From NCBI GenBank assembly GCA_002633005.1, contig NMRA01000317.1, positions 144,454-208,453 of the forward strand: DNA of 64,000 bases. Direction: 5' to 3'. Position numbers and translations under genes: made by a program. The notes under the pieces are model-generated. The model was not told where the DNA came from, did not search any database, and saw only the letters and a program-made list of their open reading frames with translations. Positions 60,001-64,000 of this stretch are shown here, in pieces (position 1 is the first letter of the stretch; each line of letters opens with the position of its first letter). Origin of the DNA: Phoronis australis (taxonomy: Eukaryota > Animalia > Phoronida).

Positions 60001-63000
60001 CAAATATATTCAAGTGTAACAGTTGTGCAAAAAAGTAAACTTTATGCATTCTGTCAGCAAATTTAGGTCTGCATGATGAGAGCAGAAAATGTAACACTGA
60101 TGTAGTAAAGGTAAACAGTACATACGATTACTGTTGACTACTTCATTAAATGGGTTGCTGTGGTCAGTTAATACCAGGCTGGAAGACTTTGCTGACTTGA
60201 GAGTGTCGTGTGATGCTCGTTTTTTCTTGGTAGACTCTAGAATATCTAACCACTTTCTCTACAATGACAACAATTTATCGGATTATTTACATTTAAAAGC
60301 TATTCAGGCTGACTAAATAAAGCGAACCAATGACATCACAACAGTTCTACAATTCTGGGTATCAGATGAAGAGAATATCATTCTCTGCATGGGCTTTCAG
60401 CTGCAAAAAGAAAATGTTTCCACTTACATGCCTTTCAAGATCAAAATGCAGCCCATCTAGTCCCGCGTAAATTGAATAATTACATAATTCATTTCAAATA
60501 TCAACCTTCAGAAATTAGGATAAGACAACAGCAAATAATTATAAAAAAACATTTTGATATAGTAAGACCAAAACCAAACAATTATACAATAAAGTAGCTA
60601 CAAACCCAACTGTATGGTTCCAGGTGATCAGTGCAATGGGTCCGCCTGAGTGGTCTGCGTAAGTCTAGTACACGTGTACCAGACTGCCTGCTACTATTTT
60701 TTACCAGTCAATTTACAACATTAGTCCACAAACCTTGGCTTTGGGACTGTCTGTTTGATACAGTCTGCAGTCAGGGAACATGAGTATCTTGAAAGCATGT
60801 CGGACATTTCCAATATCTCTAGCGTTCACTACAGCCAGACTGTCAAGTTCATACAATGCTTGGAATCTGTACCTAACTGGCCCACGCCTAGTAAGTAAAC
60901 AAAAGCTTTTGAACACATTGTTATCAAGCATGGGTTTTCATACAGCATCATGCATCATCCATGACATTAACACAAATAAAAGGCTTCCAGTAAGAAAATA
61001 TCAAACTTTATGTATAGTTCTGTGACATACAAGTAACTGACACTGCATGTAATGAACATTGTAAAGAGATCAAAGAGAATGTAACTGGCTGTCAGTCCTA
61101 TAAGATCAAGGAAATGTATCTGGCCGTCAGTCTGTTTGGGGATACAATTATAAAAAGGTGGATTTTCAAACCCTATCAGAAATACAGGTAACCAACAGTC
61201 ATGTCACCATACCTGTTAGGTAACCAGCTGGCAAGCATGACACTGTCATTCAGCAGATACATGTGGATCCTCTGAAGCACCTGTAGTGACTCTGGATCCA
61301 ACTCAATCAGATCGCCATCATGCACCAGGTGGCGCCCCGGCACATCCGTGATACTCTGTGGAGGAGGAGAGGAATTGAAACAAGAAAGGCAATAGAACCA
61401 GTATGATGCCCACTATTTGGCAGAGAAAACTGGGTGAATTATGTGTAATTTATTACAACAGCTACAACAGAATGAGGAGTTTTCCCTAGCAACCACTTGT
61501 TTATTCACTATTGCTACAGTACAAGACAAAAGTAATCGGAAAAACAGTTTCCCATCATGACGGATAATTCTGTTCACAGCAAAAATTATTTGTAGCAACT
61601 TTTAGGGTTGAAAAAATTCTAATTACAAAATGGCTTAGCCACCTTGCTAACTTTCCAGTTAATTCCCCTTCAATCTCGGTCATCAGGGGAGACAACTCTG
61701 ATGATGAATTAGGCTTCCGTCCAGCAGCCATGATGGGGAATTCAGGGTCACTTGGTCTGAATGCTTTGACTTGTACTGTTGATGCAATACACTGAATCTA
61801 GTCTTCACTGTATAGAAACAGTGGTGTTAAATTCGAACTAAATTATTTTATTTAAGGCTCGGGGACAGTTGATGTCCAGGAAATCCAACAGAAGCGGCGG
61901 AATTTCCACAAGAATCAAACAGTTTCAATGTGTCAATAGAAGGTACCACTTATTTCCGTAACGCTAGGAAAACACTTGGAAAAAAGCTGTTGCAGAAGTC
62001 AAAATGGGGATTTTCTGAATCGGAAGTTTACATTCAATGAATGATGATGTCCATCAACTCCTAACTGAGAGGTTGCAAAATGAAAGCATTTTTAAAACAG
62101 GGGTCATAATTGTTTTAATATTTAAGCAGTAGAAAGACAAAGAAATAATCACAAATGACGCAAGAAAACCAGTTTTCACGTACAGCACATCCCTCCACCT
62201 TCTCCAGTAGAAATGCCAGGTTGTTACGACTGTCTTCCTCAGCCTTCTGTTGAGACTGTGGATCCTCTTCATTGTCAACTGAAATGAGTCACGACATTGG
62301 ATAATTCAGGCAGATCCACATTGGTCATTCAGGCAGATCCACATTGGTCATTCAGGCAGATCCATATTGGTCATTCAACAGGCAGACCCACGTTTGTCAT
62401 TGAGGCAGATTCAAATTAGTCATTCGAGAGGCAGAACCATGTTGGTCATTCAAGCAGATCCAGGATGCTGTAAGGGGAGGTGGGGCAACCACAATTTTTT
62501 CCACATAAAAATGTCCAAAGGAAAATGTCTGTGTAAGGCAACAGCATTTTTGGGCCATGTCCGAAGAAGGGGGTCCCCGGGCCCCTATGATTCAAGGATC
62601 ACTTTTAATGATGAAACAAACTTAAGAATAAACTGTTATTACTCTAGAATGCTTTTCATGACTAGACAAGTAGAAAAAAAGTACGATGCCTAGTTTTTCT
62701 CTTAAAGCAATGTCAAAAATAAACAAAAATTGTAATAAGTGAATAGTATGGTCGACAGATGTCAATCAATCACCAAATAAGAAACTTTATACTTACAGTG
62801 ATAAATTCACAAGAATACAAAAAATACACACTTAAGGTTTTTTTGACAAAGGTCAATTTTTTTTATATTAAGATCAACCTACATCTGATTCATTTCAAAG
62901 TAAATTATATGACTTAAAAAAGTGTGTCACCTTGATCACCAGTGAGTGACATCTCTTGTAACAAGGACATGTTGGCCTTTTGTTCAGTCAGCATGTGACT

Positions 63001-63814
63001 CAACTGGTACATCTCACCTTCCAGAACTGAAAGATTGAATCATGCGTAAATATAATTACAATTAGAGTATTTCGGCAGCAAAACTCAGGTACTACAATTC
63101 TTAAGTTTCTAAAATAGCACATTCTTGAGACATTGCTCTCTAACCAACAAACTAACTTCTTCATAACAGAATTTGTTTATTATTTGCTAACAACTCACAA
63201 TTTGTCATAAAACTATGAAACATCAAACTCAGCAAATTATCGTATTTTCATGAGCTGCATCTCAACCTTGCTTACCATGAAGTGGCACCATACCAATAAT
63301 CAATTAGAGATTCGACGAAAAAAGTTTCTTGAAAATTGCAAACTGAAAACGAGTAAAAGTAACACAGAAGATGTGTTGTTTCACATTACCTTGCAACTGA
63401 TCTTGTAGAGTTTTGAAGTAACGTGAAAATCTATTATACAGGGCTTGGAATGACCAATTACAAAAATCAGAAAAATTGTCTAGGTGATGTATTGTTCCAC
63501 AAATAAATATACTTGTGTGATAGAAGTATTTTTTTGCGTTGCAACATAAACATTTTTGCATGAATAAAGTCAAAATAATGACGAAAAGAGAAGAAAAAAA
63601 TGAAACTGGAAATCAAATAAGGGAAAATCGAAAATTCCAAGCCCTGATTATAGATATTACATACTGGATATTTCTTTGGCAGTTTCTATAAACTGAGAAT
63701 AGTTCTTGAAGACATTTCTCTTCAGTGTCTGGGAAGTTTCATCAGCAATCTGTTGAATCTTCTTCTTTGTATCTAACAACTCATCCTCACCACCCTCTGA
63801 CAATGTGTTCACAT
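54076..63814 (-). CDS. EXOC8: Exocyst complex component 8 (Exo84); first exon lies beyond the window
   Basis: Exons (minus): 63814-63665, 63026-62931, 62278-62184, 61355-61213, 60887-60734, 60258-60126, 59652-59494, 58627-58576, 57927-57783, 57389-57209, 56915-56785, 56124-56005, 55616-55511, 55188-54998, 54246-54076; the phases join. Motifs: LKRNVFKNYSQFIETAKEIS-LEGEMYQLSHMLTEQK, PH domain (PGRHLVHDGDLIE...LLND), WLQELPEDLDVSIAQRDFEGAVDL and SLRGGPRAARRAVAQLIRLG. Confidence 0.94.
59219..59470. repeat. 43-bp minisatellite, about 5.5 copies
   Basis: GTTGAGTATA recurs at 59221, 59264, 59307, 59350, 59393 and 59436. Confidence 0.92.
62294..62461. repeat. 23-bp minisatellite, about 7 decaying copies
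   Basis: Unit CACATTGGTCATTCAGGCAGATC. Confidence 0.85.
63439..63646. mobile_element. hAT-like MITE with a 6-bp flanking duplication
   Basis: 13 bp perfect TIR CAGGGCTTGGAAT, with ATTATA on both flanks. Confidence 0.65.
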
Positions 63815-64000
63815 CTGTGGAGAAAATGGCACAAATCTGAATTAACCTTTCTCAGTAAAGTATGGTAAAAACACCATGAAATTCGAAAATTTTAGGCAAG
63901 ACAGCGAGCGTTTGAAAAACAAAAAATGACAACAGTTTGGCCACTGTTTTTGTTTGAATTTGAAGAAACTACTGTAAATAAGAAAATGAATATTTTTTAA

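Noticed and set aside
61695-61762. ATGATGA...CTGA as a C/D snoRNA, or CTGATGA as a hammerhead
   Set aside because: The C/D boxes are antisense to the host EXOC8 with no terminal stem, and the minus-strand CTGATGA lacks stem II and GAAA.

Overview
AT-rich, intron-rich invertebrate animal (bilaterian) genomic DNA; there is no prokaryotic content. Four spliced genes were reconstructed by hand from GT-AG boundaries and reading phase. (1) The first coding exon of a Ski/Sno gene (minus, 8447-9355; the gene continues off the left edge). (2) A complete atypical protein kinase C gene (aPKC, PRKCI/PRKCZ type; minus, 17516-42997, 17 core coding exons, about 589 aa). (3) A complete CAPZB gene (plus, 44547-51062, 7 exons, 273 aa), head-to-head with aPKC. 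(4) A 5'-truncated EXOC8/Exo84 gene (minus, 54076-63814, 15 exons in the window). The most interesting signal is a hidden alternative-isoform system inside the aPKC introns that the ORF track misses. It comprises a tandem-duplicated, same-length (88 nt) activation-loop exon pair that looks mutually exclusive, two frame-preserving cassette exons (66 nt and a 24-nt microexon) in the hinge with RBFOX/QKI-type motifs, and one or two internal first exons that would give PB1-less kinases. Also present are the aPKC-Ski linkage seen in vertebrates, a Smad-element cluster upstream of Ski, a Penelope GIY-YIG relic with a hammerhead-like motif, many MITEs, a tRNA-derived SINE and several tandem repeats. 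All coordinates were counted by eye, and the alternative exons are predictions that need transcript data.
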